Part shown: in pieces, positions 28,358 through 39,900 of the stretch | How positions within the stretch are numbered: position 1 is the first letter of the stretch | How the letters are laid out: each line of letters opens with the position of its first letter | IMG/VR virus record: IMGVR_UViG_3300044641_003190 | Location: 10,535-74,534 of that record | Source: a virus | DNA: 64,000 nt | Direction: 5' to 3' (one strand) | Notes under the pieces: model-generated | What the model was told of the DNA's origin: nothing | The model's database searches: none | The model's input: the letters and a program-made list of their open reading frames with translations, nothing else | Program-made: the position numbers and the translations under genes

Positions 28358-29093
28358 TATAAAATCAGATGCCGCAAATATAATAGAGAATGCTACTGCA
28401 TATATGCAAGGCATTGCACAGGCACCAAATAAACTAGCAGTAAATAATGAGATCGGCATTGCTATTACAGCAATAGCCCACAGATCTTTGTCTAGATTTA
28501 TAGACACAGAGGCAAGACTTAGTCCAGTATCTATGCACCACGTATACGAATGGAATCAGGTAGGCAAGCCTCTAGGAAGACTATGGAAATTAAACTCAAC
28601 ATATAAAACAGGGACAATATCTCTATCAGCAAATTTCAAGCAATCCAGAACATTTGTTCCAATTAAAAATGGAACATCTCGTAGAAGTAAGTTTATATTT
28701 AAGGCAGAGGTTATGGAAAAAGGAAAAACTGTAAGAATAACTGCCAAAAAAGCAAACGCATTATTTTTTTATTCTTCTAGCGGAGATCCAGTTTTTATTC
28801 CAAGAGGTAGGTTTGTTGTTGTAAGATCTCCTGGAGGAAAGCAAGTAAGAGGAGCCTTTGGTAAAACTATGGATAGGTTTAAGTTTTCTAATAATTTAAA
28901 TATTGATATTCAGGCTTCGGGAATTATAAAAAGGCTAGAGTCTGCTCAAAGATTAGCAGCCTCACAAACAATTTTAGGACTTTCTGGATCATCAAGATCT
29001 TCCATGTCTGCAGCTGCAGTTTCAAATACAGCAAGACACATCAGACAAGTAACGAAAGCCTACTCTTTGGCGGATGGTGATTTAATTGGCTGA
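28344..29093 (+). CDS. Neck / tail-completion protein
   Basis: Basic protein in neck position; RBS GAGGAG before ATG 28344. Confidence 0.55.
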   Translation: MPSLSIKSDAANIIENATAYMQGIAQAPNKLAVNNEIGIAITAIAHRSLSRFIDTEARLSPVSMHHVYEWNQVGKPLGRLWKLNSTYKTGTISLSANFKQSRTFVPIKNGTSRRSKFIFKAEVMEKGKTVRITAKKANALFFYSSSGDPVFIPRGRFVVVRSPGGKQVRGAFGKTMDRFKFSNNLNIDIQASGIIKRLESAQRLAASQTILGLSGSSRSSMSAAAVSNTARHIRQVTKAYSLADGDLIG

Positions 29094-29613
29094 CTATTCT
29101 AAAGGCGCTGTGTGGGAAGTTAGAAAACTGCTTTGGGCAGAACTACAGTCTACTGGAATTTTGACAGCTTCAGATTACAGAGAAAATAATATTAGTTATA
29201 TACCAATTATACCTGTTCAAGAGCAGGACACCTTTAAAAATAAATTTGTTGTTAATAGAGAAAACCCACTACCGTATATTGTATATGATTTAGATGTTGT
29301 CGGATATGATACAGACTGGTTTATATGTAATGAAAGATTAACATTTAAAATTTATGCAAATTCATATAATACGGTTATAACAATAACCAACCTGATGATA
29401 GACCTATTTAGAAGGTTTGATGATAGTGCCAAGACCATGAACTCTTATGCCAAAAATCTGGACCCGACCACACCATTCAATTACCACTACTTTACCCTTG
29501 CAGAAGCAAATTCCCCTAACCCAGCAGAAGAATTAGCTGGTCGTTTAGAGGCGGATATAGCAATAACCTACGCATATTCAAGAGATTTAAACCAGAGCGG
29601 AAGATTTGCCTAA
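29086..29613 (+). CDS. Tail terminator protein
   Basis: PYIVY motif; directly upstream of MTP. Confidence 0.6.
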   Translation: MADYSKGAVWEVRKLLWAELQSTGILTASDYRENNISYIPIIPVQEQDTFKNKFVVNRENPLPYIVYDLDVVGYDTDWFICNERLTFKIYANSYNTVITITNLMIDLFRRFDDSAKTMNSYAKNLDPTTPFNYHYFTLAEANSPNPAEELAGRLEADIAITYAYSRDLNQSGRFA

Positions 29614-29634
29614 TAAGGGCTATTCGGCTATGAT
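29606..29634 (+). promoter_or_regulatory. Promoter TTGCCT-17-TATGAT for major tail protein
   Basis: Spacing and near-consensus boxes. Confidence 0.55.
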
Positions 29635-29694
29635 TAGATATGAGGAAATGCCGCAATCCACATTCCAGAAAAAGGAGGAGGTGAAATAAAATAA

Positions 29695-30369
29695 ATGGCA
29701 ACTAATGTTCGTAATATTATTATCGGTGCAGCTAGAATTTATATATCAAAAAAGGATTCAACAACAGCTGATTGGACAGATGTATACCAAGATGGATTAG
29801 ATCCATTCGCAGTATCACCACAACCAACAGGATCATACGTAGCTTCAACAGGCACTGGAGGAGCTCTAGATTCAGCAAAATGGTCAGAGGTAGGATTTAC
29901 ATCTGACGGTTTACGTGTTATGTATGAGCCAACATTCGGTGAGGTAGAAGTTGATCAACAGCTCGACGTTGCAAAACTTTTCAAGTCTTCACAGCGTGTT
30001 ATGCTTTCAACAACACTTACAGAAGGTACACTTCGTAACCTTTTGGTTGTTTTCGGTGCATCCGAAAGCGATCTAAAGACATACGATGCAGTCCCAGACG
30101 CACGTCTTGACTTATCAATTGGTGCTCTAAACGCAGAGCCAACAGAACGTCAATTCGTAGCAGTCGGAAACGCACCATCTGCAACCGTCTCTAACGTATC
30201 AAAGGACCGTGAGCGTGTTTACTATGCTCGTCGTGTTCTCTCAGTAGAATCATCTGAGCATGCTTTAACCCGTAACGAGGCAACTAGATTCCCAGTGACA
30301 TTCCGTCTCTTGGGTGATCCACGTTACTCAGATACATATGGTAGAATCGTTGATCGCATTGTAGCGTAA
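29695..30369 (+). CDS. Major tail (tube) protein
   Basis: NII.GAA, VGFT.DGL...YEP.F..V.VDQ, E.TL.NL, FPVTFRLL; strong RBS; followed by a terminator. Confidence 0.88.
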   Translation: MATNVRNIIIGAARIYISKKDSTTADWTDVYQDGLDPFAVSPQPTGSYVASTGTGGALDSAKWSEVGFTSDGLRVMYEPTFGEVEVDQQLDVAKLFKSSQRVMLSTTLTEGTLRNLLVVFGASESDLKTYDAVPDARLDLSIGALNAEPTERQFVAVGNAPSATVSNVSKDRERVYYARRVLSVESSEHALTRNEATRFPVTFRLLGDPRYSDTYGRIVDRIVA

Positions 30370-30390
30370 TTCGATTTTAGAATTAGGCAC

Positions 30391-30421
30391 AGGCCCTTCG
30401 AAAGGAGGGCCTTGTCTTTTT
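30391..30421 (+). terminator. Intrinsic terminator after MTP
   Basis: AGGCCCTTC-GAAA-GGAGGGCCT followed by TGTCTTTTT. Confidence 0.75.
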
Positions 30422-30441
30422 AACCTGTTTTTTGGTATAAT
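30412..30441 (+). promoter_or_regulatory. Promoter TTGTCT-18-(TGg)TATAAT
   Basis: Upstream of the TAC gene with AGGAGGT RBS. Confidence 0.6.
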
Positions 30442-30468
30442 TATATTGACTATTTAGGAGGTCAAATT

Positions 30469-30804
30469 TTGGCTACTCAGTTATATGACACTGTAGAGAT
30501 TGAACTGCAAGATGGAAGGCAAGTTAAGTTAAAGCCGCTTCCAATTAAATACCTTCGTGATTTTATGGAGGTCGTCACAAAACTTGATGACGTAAAAAAC
30601 GAAAAAGAAGCAATCGACATTTTTATCGATGCTTGTGCAATAGCTCTTAAGAGATCATTGCCAGACCTAGCAGGGAATAGAGAAGCCCTAGAAGAGGCCC
30701 TAGACGTACCTACAATATGGAAAATTATTGAGGTGTGCGGCGGTATTAAACTTGGTGATCCAAATTTAATAGCGGCAGCGAACAAGATGGTTGGGGAGAA
30801 CTAA
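30469..30804 (+). CDS. Tail assembly chaperone (G-like)
   Basis: Between MTP and TMP; AGGAGGT plus TTG start. Confidence 0.85.
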   Translation: MATQLYDTVEIELQDGRQVKLKPLPIKYLRDFMEVVTKLDDVKNEKEAIDIFIDACAIALKRSLPDLAGNREALEEALDVPTIWKIIEVCGGIKLGDPNLIAAANKMVGEN

Positions 30805-31169
30805 CCGAAAAAACTAAGTCTTCAACGACTTGGAAAGAACTTGATCTCGCTGCCTTAGAAAAGCAAATTTTTCTTTTAGGATCATGGGAAAACTATGAAG
30901 AACTAGAAGAGAAGATGTCATTAAAAGAACTTATTGACACACTAGAAGAGATGAATAAGAAGGACTTAGAAGATAAGAAATTCTTAGCAGCCCTACAAGG
31001 GGTTGATCTCGAGGGTGGATCAGAAAGCTCTAAATCATTTGATGATGTCAGGAGGGAAGCACTGGGAGACGATCCAAGAACAAACGATATAGCAAACCTT
31101 AAAGGCAATCTTGCCAAAGAAGAAGGTTTCGGTATCGGTAATGGTTTAGGATACGAAGTCTGGGATTAA
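30762..31169 (+). CDS. Tail assembly chaperone C-terminal extension (T-like) reached by -1 frameshift; fusion 30469..31169
   Basis: The -1 frame is open from 30759 (...WKELDLAALEKQIFLLGSWENYEELE...); in-register A-AAT-TTA slippery heptamer at 30762-30768. Confidence 0.75.
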   Translation, partial: KFNSGSEQDGWGELTEKTKSSTTWKELDLAALEKQIFLLGSWENYEELEEKMSLKELIDTLEEMNKKDLEDKKFLAALQGVDLEGGSESSKSFDDVRREALGDDPRTNDIANLKGNLAKEEGFGIGNGLGYEVWD

Positions 31170-31173
31170 TTAA

Positions 31174-34100
31174 ATGGCACAAGCAGTAGTAATTAATTTT
31201 AACGCTAACGCTAATTTCTCTGATTTAATATCAGAGATTAGAAAAGCCAACGCTGAAATTGGTACACTACAAGCCCAACTTAATGGTTTGGGCTCAGGAG
31301 CCTTTGTCTCCATAGATAACTTAAATAAACAATTCATACAGGGTATGCGAAACAGCAGACTCTGGTCATCTTCTTTCGTAGATGTAACAAACCAAACCAG
31401 AGAATTTGGAAAACATCTAGATCAAGGAAGACTTAAATTAAGAGACTACTATCGTGAATTCACAACACAGGCTAGAGGTCAACGTGGCCTAATTAGAAGG
31501 CTTGCAGAAGATCAAGTAAAATTACAAAAATCAGTATTAACAACTTCAATTGGTCCAAGCGGTGATACTAGAAGCATACTTTCTACACCTACTGGATTAG
31601 ATAAATTTGATCCAGCGGTTATGAAGTCTTTAAGATCAGAGCAATTTAAAATTATAGGAAAGTCCATTCAGGGCGCCTCAACAGAATTAATTAACTTAGG
31701 TAAAAATACACAATGGGCTGGAAGACAGCTTACTGTTGGTTTAACCGTACCGCTGACAATGTTTGCGGGATCAGCAGCAAATGCCTTTAAAGAGGTGGAT
31801 AAGCAGCTAACAAGATTAGCTAAGGTATATGGAGATGTTGGTGGTGCAACAGCATCAGAAATACAAAACATAAAGAATCAAACAACAGATTTAGCAAAAA
31901 CATTAGCTAGAGACCTAGGTGCCTCCGTGCAGGAAACTATTGGACTAGCTGCGGATATTGCAGCAACTGGAGCTACAGGAGAAGATTTAATAAAGTCTGT
32001 TGCAGAAACAACCAGGCTTGCTGTTTTAGGTGAAGTAGATAGACAAGAAGCAATGGCAGCAACACTGTCACTTCAGAATGCATTTAATTTAAATACAAAA
32101 GAACTAGCGGAATCAATCAACTTCCTTAACGCAGTTGAAAACCAAACGTCAACATCTTTGAATGACTTGGTTATAGCAATTCCTAAAGCTGGACCAGTTG
32201 TAAGACAGCTGGGTGGAGATGTAAAAGATTTAGCTTTATTCCTTACCGCTATGCGTGAAGGTGGTATCAATGCTTCAGAATCAGCTAACGCACTTAAGTC
32301 TGGTCTAGCATCTATAATTAACCCAGCACAAAAAACAACAGAGGTATTAAATTCATTCGGAGTAAATATTGAAGGAATCGTTAATGCAAACGCTGGAGAT
32401 TTAGTTAAAACAGTTGTTGCATTAAAAGATGAATTAAATAACCTGGATCCCTTAGCAAGAGCAAGAGCAATCGAACAACTTTTCGGAAAGTTCCAGTTTG
32501 CACGTATGTCCGCATTGTTCGATAACTTAGGAAAGGCTGGAAGCCAAACACTACAAGTTATAGAACTTATGGGATCATCAACTGCCGAGTTAGCACAAAT
32601 AGCTGACCGAGAGTTATCAATCTTAACAGAATCAGCATCTGGTAGATTCCAGAGACAGATAGAAACTTTCAAGGCTAACCTAGCTGGCGTGGGAGAAGGA
32701 TTCTTGCAAGTATTCTCTACAGTGCTAGGAGCTGTAAATAAATTATTAGATGGATTTAATAATCTTCCAGATGGAGTTAAAAATGTTCTAACAATAGTCG
32801 GAGCATTAGTTGGATTAGTTGGACCGCTTATCATGTTGTCTGGTGTATTCCTAAACTTCTTTGGATTCTTGCTAAAATCAGTGGGAGTGCTAGGCAGACT
32901 ATTTACTGGAACTCCTAAATTCCAGCTACTCACAGAAGAGATTATGGCAACAAGCCTTTCTTCAGAAAAAATGTCAAACTCTTTTTATGACCAAGCACTT
33001 GCCGCTGAAACAGCTAGAAAAAATATTGATAACCTAATAAACTCATTAAAGAATCTCAATGCTGCACAAGGAACAGCAATGTCAGGAGCTGCACAAAGAG
33101 CAGCTGGGGCATTTATACCAAAACCAATGTTCCAATCAGGTGCTGGAGTTATGCCAGCTGGAATAGAATACTCTCACGGAGTTTCAAAGTCCGCTAGAGC
33201 ACAACTAGCATCACAGTTAGGATTAACGGCACAAGAAACACAGCTTCTTGGTGGCTCTGGATTATCTGGACTATCATCTTTAACAAGACCTATGTCCGCT
33301 GGCTCTCCAGAAGCACAACTACAACAAAATTTTGCAGAAAGAATGCCAAACTTTATTGTTCCTGTTGGAACTACGGCAGAACAGATGAGGGCAAGACTGG
33401 AACCACTTGCTACAACTGAAAGAAGTAAAGAGTCTTTGATGCGAATAGGTCCAGATATAACAAAAGCATTTCAGACATCAGAAGATTATGCACAAACACA
33501 AGCGATACACGTTGCAAACTTAAAAGCAATATCACAGGCATACTCTAAGAGTGCTAAAGATGGAGCAGCTCTAGCAAACTCAATGAAGACAGCGTGGCAA
33601 CAAACATTCTCAGACACTGGTGATGAAGTAGCAGCAGCCAGAGCAGCAGCTGAAGTAGCAAAAGCAGAGCTAGGATCTGGATACAGCGCACTTGTAAGAA
33701 AAACATCTAGAGAAATATCTGCCGCATTCTCATCAGGCGGAGCAGACGCAGCAATTATAGCTGGTGCCAAAGCCGAACTTGCAGCAATGCGTGGTGGATT
33801 ATTATCGGGCGGGGCGGCAAAGACAACGGTTGAAAGAATTTCAAGAATGTCATTAGCAATTGCACAAGGTGGCGTAATGAATGAGATAGCTGTTTATCAA
33901 AAGAGAGTTACAGCCTCAACAAAAGAATTTGGAAGAGTAGCAGTTCAGTTACTTGGTGACACAGCAATAGCATTTACTGCAGCTGGTAGAGAATTAACTG
34001 CACAAGAAATGTCAGATGATGCAAAAGTTTCTGCAGCGATAGCACAATTAAAAGCTGCAAAGATTAAAGCAGATAGAGCAGTTGTTCAAGATATCCAGGA

Positions 34101-36492
34101 GAAGGCTACTGCACTTCAGGTGGTAGCAAATACTGCAGCAACTGGAGGAGCAAGCGAGATAACAATGGCTGGGTCAGCTGCTGGAGGAAGATTCGGAAGA
34201 TTCCGTGGAATGGGAATGTCTATGGGAATGATGGGTCTTGGAATTGCGTCTACAGCTATACCACAAACTGGAACTGCTGGAAATATTGCAGGTGGAGCAT
34301 TAATGGGAGCATCAATGGGCATGATGTTCGGACCACAAGGTGCGGCAATTGGAGCAGCTCTAGGAGCGATAGTACCAGCAGCAAAAGCCTTGTATACACA
34401 ATTTGATAGATTAAGAGATATTGTTGCACTTAATGTAAGACAATATCAAATAGATCAAGAGTTTGCAAAAGCAGCTGGACTAAACCTAAAAACAATTGGT
34501 GACATTCAATTACAACAAATAGTTGGAAAATCTGCAGAAGCAGCAAGCCAACTAGAGGTACTTGCACAAGCAGCACTAAGCGCTTCAACAAACTTATCTA
34601 CTGGCGCACTTAGAGAAAAAACAAGAGGGGCACAAGATTTTGCAGAAGTTTCTGCAGAGTTCCAGAGCCAGTACCTAACCTACCTCGCTGCTGGTGCAGC
34701 ACCAGAAGTAGCGAAAACAATGATGGCTGCTATATTAAAAGCTGCTGGTAAAGAAGGATTTGCTACAGACTTAAATATGATGCTAAATAATCTTCAAACT
34801 GCTACACAGCAGTCTGCTCCAGGATTAATGCTTTCTAGATTACCACAACCAGCTCCAGTACCAACAGTTGTACCAAACACTGGCAGATATAATACTTCAG
34901 CAGCAGCGGCTAATCTTCAAAGACAAAATGATTTAATATTTAGACAACAGGCAGAAATAGTAAATAATATTTTGGCTAACTCAGACTTAGCCACATTTGC
35001 ACAACAAATGGCGGAACTAGGAAGAAGCGGAAAGCTTGCATCACAGTCATTAGGACTAGTCGCAGATTCTATATCTGGTCTTAGTACTCCAGAAAGAACT
35101 GTTTATGACGGACTTATAAGAAATGGCGTAAACGCAGCAGACGTGGCACTTGCACTAAAGATGAGAATAGAAGGACTCATACCAAGCCTACAGTCTGTAA
35201 AAGACTTTGATGGAATGAAAATAAGAGCAACATTTGAATTGCTTACAGCTCAAAAACAACTAGAGGATGCTAAAAAGAACCTAGAGTCTTCATTACAAGG
35301 TATGTTCTCTGGAGGTAATGCTTCAGGAAATAATGATGCGGCAAAGAAAGCTCTACAGGCCCAGATAGACGCACTTGATGAGATTGAGCGTAAAGAAAAA
35401 AATATAAATAAGATAAAAGAACTTAGAATAAAGTATGAGGAAAAGTTAAGAAATCTTTCAGTAGACTACTTATCAGCATTAAGCTCTGGAGATTTAGAAG
35501 GAGCATTAAGAGCTCAGTTATCAGTACAACAACAACAAGCTGAATATGCTTCTGAAAACGCACAACTACAAAAAGAAATAGCTCGTGAAGATAAAAAGAA
35601 AGCTCTTCAAGATAGGCTAAAATCTTTAGATAATGCGCCTGCTGGAGTAAATAATACAAACGCTAAGTTTAAACAAATGCAGTCTAATATAGATGAAGCA
35701 ATTAAAAAAATTGTTGCTGGATTTAAAAATGGTGGAGAAATAGGAAAGACCCTAGAAGGATTTACTACTAGTGACTCATTTAAGAATTTTGAAAAACAAT
35801 TTAAGGGTGTACTAAGTCCCAAAGCTTTTGAAGATGCAGTATCAGTATTAAAGGGAGCACTTGGCGAGGCAAAGGGATTGCTAGATCTTTCAGCATCTGG
35901 CCTAAGTGGACAAACTGGGGCTACTAGGTCAACAGCTAGAGATGTTTCAAATATTTTAGGTTTCCAAAAGAATCCAAACGAGGTAAGAAAATTAACTAAC
36001 GCAGAAGAACAAGAAATTATATCTAAAGGCGGATTAGTTTCTAATGAAATGATAAAGGCATTTGGTTATATATATAGATATGACTTAGAGAAAAAAGATC
36101 TTATTAATACTGGCGCAATTCAAAAGAAATTTTCTGGAGGAAAAATTCGTGGTTATGCTGGAGGTGGTTACATTACTGGATTTGGAAGCTCAGTAGCAGA
36201 CAACATACCGCTATTTGCATCTAATAAAGAATTTATGATGAGTGCTAAGGCTGTTAGTAATTATGGAGTTCCATTTATGGAAAGCATTAACAGATTGCAA
36301 TATAACCCAGGGGCTCCTAAGAGAAACGACATGTCCCAGTCTAATTTTGGATCATCATCAGTTAGCGTTTATGTAAATAAAATTGATATCATAGAGCCAG
36401 GTGCGGATGCTGATACAATTATTGCTACAATGGAAAAGAAGCTATTTGCATCTGTTGGCAGATCAAAGGAACCGAGGTATCTTTCAATATGA
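31174..36492 (+). CDS. Tape measure protein
   Basis: 1772 aa Ala-rich helical protein; TP901-type TMP core; hydrophobic segments; YAGGGYITG...D.IP....EF.M C-terminus. Confidence 0.95.
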   Translation: MAQAVVINFNANANFSDLISEIRKANAEIGTLQAQLNGLGSGAFVSIDNLNKQFIQGMRNSRLWSSSFVDVTNQTREFGKHLDQGRLKLRDYYREFTTQARGQRGLIRRLAEDQVKLQKSVLTTSIGPSGDTRSILSTPTGLDKFDPAVMKSLRSEQFKIIGKSIQGASTELINLGKNTQWAGRQLTVGLTVPLTMFAGSAANAFKEVDKQLTRLAKVYGDVGGATASEIQNIKNQTTDLAKTLARDLGASVQETIGLAADIAATGATGEDLIKSVAETTRLAVLGEVDRQEAMAATLSLQNAFNLNTKELAESINFLNAVENQTSTSLNDLVIAIPKAGPVVRQLGGDVKDLALFLTAMREGGINASESANALKSGLASIINPAQKTTEVLNSFGVNIEGIVNANAGDLVKTVVALKDELNNLDPLARARAIEQLFGKFQFARMSALFDNLGKAGSQTLQVIELMGSSTAELAQIADRELSILTESASGRFQRQIETFKANLAGVGEGFLQVFSTVLGAVNKLLDGFNNLPDGVKNVLTIVGALVGLVGPLIMLSGVFLNFFGFLLKSVGVLGRLFTGTPKFQLLTEEIMATSLSSEKMSNSFYDQALAAETARKNIDNLINSLKNLNAAQGTAMSGAAQRAAGAFIPKPMFQSGAGVMPAGIEYSHGVSKSARAQLASQLGLTAQETQLLGGSGLSGLSSLTRPMSAGSPEAQLQQNFAERMPNFIVPVGTTAEQMRARLEPLATTERSKESLMRIGPDITKAFQTSEDYAQTQAIHVANLKAISQAYSKSAKDGAALANSMKTAWQQTFSDTGDEVAAARAAAEVAKAELGSGYSALVRKTSREISAAFSSGGADAAIIAGAKAELAAMRGGLLSGGAAKTTVERISRMSLAIAQGGVMNEIAVYQKRVTASTKEFGRVAVQLLGDTAIAFTAAGRELTAQEMSDDAKVSAAIAQLKAAKIKADRAVVQDIQEKATALQVVANTAATGGASEITMAGSAAGGRFGRFRGMGMSMGMMGLGIASTAIPQTGTAGNIAGGALMGASMGMMFGPQGAAIGAALGAIVPAAKALYTQFDRLRDIVALNVRQYQIDQEFAKAAGLNLKTIGDIQLQQIVGKSAEAASQLEVLAQAALSASTNLSTGALREKTRGAQDFAEVSAEFQSQYLTYLAAGAAPEVAKTMMAAILKAAGKEGFATDLNMMLNNLQTATQQSAPGLMLSRLPQPAPVPTVVPNTGRYNTSAAAANLQRQNDLIFRQQAEIVNNILANSDLATFAQQMAELGRSGKLASQSLGLVADSISGLSTPERTVYDGLIRNGVNAADVALALKMRIEGLIPSLQSVKDFDGMKIRATFELLTAQKQLEDAKKNLESSLQGMFSGGNASGNNDAAKKALQAQIDALDEIERKEKNINKIKELRIKYEEKLRNLSVDYLSALSSGDLEGALRAQLSVQQQQAEYASENAQLQKEIAREDKKKALQDRLKSLDNAPAGVNNTNAKFKQMQSNIDEAIKKIVAGFKNGGEIGKTLEGFTTSDSFKNFEKQFKGVLSPKAFEDAVSVLKGALGEAKGLLDLSASGLSGQTGATRSTARDVSNILGFQKNPNEVRKLTNAEEQEIISKGGLVSNEMIKAFGYIYRYDLEKKDLINTGAIQKKFSGGKIRGYAGGGYITGFGSSVADNIPLFASNKEFMMSAKAVSNYGVPFMESINRLQYNPGAPKRNDMSQSNFGSSSVSVYVNKIDIIEPGADADTIIATMEKKLFASVGRSKEPRYLSI

Positions 36493-36947
36493 CATGGTTA
36501 GTCAGCGGTCTTAAAGACTCATTAATTTATTTTAAATCTTCTGCATCTGGTGCAACATACCAAAAAATCACAGATCACAACAGAAGACCTTTAGGTATAG
36601 ATATTGAAAAAATAGAAAACTCATTAAGAACAGCAAATGGAACAATGAGAAGATCGACCATAGCCGAAAAGCACAGATTCGACATATCTTGGCAAGATGT
36701 TCCTAATATTTCGCAATACACCGTAGATGGTGGATTTGGCGGAGGAGAAATATATGATTTCTATATGGATAATCAACAGCCATTCTACATGAAGATAACA
36801 CAAAAAATTGACTCAGATGCCTCATTATCATATCAGGAGTTCCTAGTAAACTTTTCATCCTGCTCGTTTGAAATTGTAAAACGTAATCCATCTGGGACAT
36901 ATCCATATATAAGGATGAATGTAAACATATCTTTAGAGGAGGTTTAA
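36489..36947 (+). CDS. Distal tail / minor tail protein
   Basis: Follows TMP; R.ANG.MR.....K..F.ISW. Confidence 0.7.
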   Translation: MTWLVSGLKDSLIYFKSSASGATYQKITDHNRRPLGIDIEKIENSLRTANGTMRRSTIAEKHRFDISWQDVPNISQYTVDGGFGGGEIYDFYMDNQQPFYMKITQKIDSDASLSYQEFLVNFSSCSFEIVKRNPSGTYPYIRMNVNISLEEV

Positions 36948-39900
36948 TGTTAAGCTTTCCTTCAGTCAAAACAGCAGTAGACTCTCAATATACATTAAGG
37001 CCAAGTCAAAAAATATGGCTAGAGTGGAACTATAACATCCATGCTGGAATTAATGAGATGGGTATAGACGATATTGCACTTTATCAGTATGACAATACAA
37101 TATCAGATCTTAAGTTAATTGAAACCTCAACAGTATATAACAAGTACTACGAGTCATTGTACCCACTTACATCAGTGTCTAATTTTATTAGGCCAGGAGA
37201 GTATGCTCTTCATAACAACCAAAAGGTAGGCGGTATAGTAAAGTCTATATTTGGAAACTCTGTAAGCGGACTATCTAATTATGACCTAACCTCAGCTACA
37301 AGAAATTATTTTGTGTCTAAAGATGATGGATATAAGTACTGGGCGTTTATAAGAAAAAATCAATCTAGCACAGCAGTAAATAAGTCTATTTATTTAAACT
37401 ATGATAGAACTGTAAAGGTAAATAAACTTGTTGTTAAATTTGAAACATCTCATACGGTACCAAACAGCTACACTGTATTTGTAAGACGGTCTGGAGCCTG
37501 GGTTCAGGCATACACATCATCTACCCCATTAACAAATGGTGGGCTAGTTTTATATTACAATGGTAGTGCATGGAATACTACAAGGCATACGTCGCCATCA
37601 GTTACAACAAATACACAAGAAATATCTGGAATCAAGGTGCTTGTATCTACTGTAAATGTTGGTTATTCACCTTTAGAAATAATCGAAGTTTCTGGAAGGC
37701 TAGAGGCAGACGTTAGCGCAGAAACAGTATCTTGGACAATCGATAAGACGTACTTTGAAGACCATGAAGTTCTTCCAGTTGGAGAGATAAGCTCTAATAG
37801 CGCAAGTATTAATTTTGACAATACCTCAAATATATATAGTTATGAAAACACATCAGCCAAGTATGCTGGACTTGTAGATAAAAGAATAGGCGTAAAGATA
37901 TTTACGATTATTGATTCAAATGAGGTGCCTCAGTTTACGGGATTTACTGATGCCTGGAGTTTATCTGCAAATGATACGGCAACAGTAAGTTGCTATGACA
38001 TGGCAAAAATATTACAACAGACTCAGGCTCCAGATATGGTAATAGGAAGCAACCTGCCAATATCTCGTGTTATAAGAACAATATTCGATTCTGCTGGATT
38101 AAATGAAGTACAAATAGATACAATTGGATCCTCATCACAGGTTGTAGATATATTCTGGATGTCAAAGGAGCAAACTATATGGCAAGCTCTTCAGCAACTT
38201 TGTATGTCTAACCAATGTTCAATTTTTGTAGACGAGTACGGTAAATTTATTTTCAAGTCAAGGTCTACTGTTTTAGACTCTTCTACAGTAGAACAGATTT
38301 TAACTTATAACAATAGCGGAAGCACCCTGTCAAATATAGTAAGCATAGACCAATCATCAAAACCAAGAATCGGAAACTTAGTCGTAAAGTACTCACGAAG
38401 ATCGTATGAAACTCAAAGCGACGTTCTTACAACTTACCAAAGTATTGCAAATAATCCAAAAGAACAGTTGGTTAGCTTTAGAGGCTCCTCATATGCAACA
38501 TCTATTTGGGATCCAGGAGAAGCATGGGTACTTGGAGCGGCACCACTTGTATATCCAATTACACAATCTGAAGTAACATCTATACAAACACAGGCTCCAG
38601 AAATGCAACAAGTTGTTCAAAAAAATGGGGAGGTTGTCTGGAAGGTAGTTTCTGGACTTACAGCATTCTCTGGGTATTTTTATTTAAATGGAGAGATTAT
38701 CTATTATGATGCTATAAGGCACAGAGTACTTTATAAAGATGGAAGGGCTCCAGAAAATATAGAGATATCTTCAAGACAGCAGTTTGAGTCATTAATTCAA
38801 TCTGACCCAGGAGTCAAAACCATAACTAATACTGGAATTCTTACTGGAATAAAAAGAGCACAGTTTTCAACAACACAAATAGCGCACACACCAGTCTCTA
38901 CAGATAATGGTCTATGGTCTAGAAAGCAATTTAAAATTGGTACAACCACGCAAAGTAACCTTACGGCACCTGCATTTAGTCTTCAACAAAGAGCATTAAA
39001 ACTATCAACAGATAACGATTCTGGTGCGAGCAAGATTTCTTCTTTATCGAATTCAGAAAGAAGAAAGTATATTCAGCTTGGCTTAGTAGATTTAAAAAAG
39101 TCAAACTATAAAAGATTTGAGTGCACCATGAGGATAGTAAATAAGCAGCCTGGCGAAGAAGTCGGAGACGTAGATAGCCTAGGTGGAATATTCTTTGACT
39201 ATAATCCAGCAAATAATTCTGGATACTTTATAGAGCTTGGACTAGACTACACAACAGCAACATATAAAACAGCCAATGCCAATAAGTCTGTTAATATATA
39301 TAAGATTAATTCTAGTGGAAATATTTCTGAAATAAAAAGCGTAGGAAGCCTTACTGGTAGAGCAAAAACAGACAGCCCAGAAACTGTTTTTAAAGATACT
39401 GTTTCATTTGAAACGGTACAAGATTACGACATACAAGTATTGCGTGTAGATAGAAATGGTAAAAGATGTATCGATGTATATATAATGGGTCAATTAATTG
39501 TTCAGGTAGAAGACTCTACACCACTATCTCCAACAAATAAATCTGGTGTATTTGTACGTGGAGACTCAACAGCATTCTTTACAAAGTTTGCTGCATGGGG
39601 AGCAAACAATGAATCAACCCTACAAGACGGAAGCTTCTTTGCAGATTCAATTAGAGGGTTTATGACGGAAGTTGTTGCAGCGGGAAATCTAGGAGTAGCA
39701 AGTAAGCTTAGCCTTGAAAAAGATTATGACTATTATGAGTTTTATCCACACATGAGGGAAATACGTGTTGCTGAATTTGACTACACAAAGTTCCCAGCAT
39801 CTCCACTAAAGATATCTGCAGGACCAGCAATAACATTATATGGAGCAACAATTTTAGAATCTAATTCATTTAGAGCAAAAATTGCTGTGGTCAATGAAAC

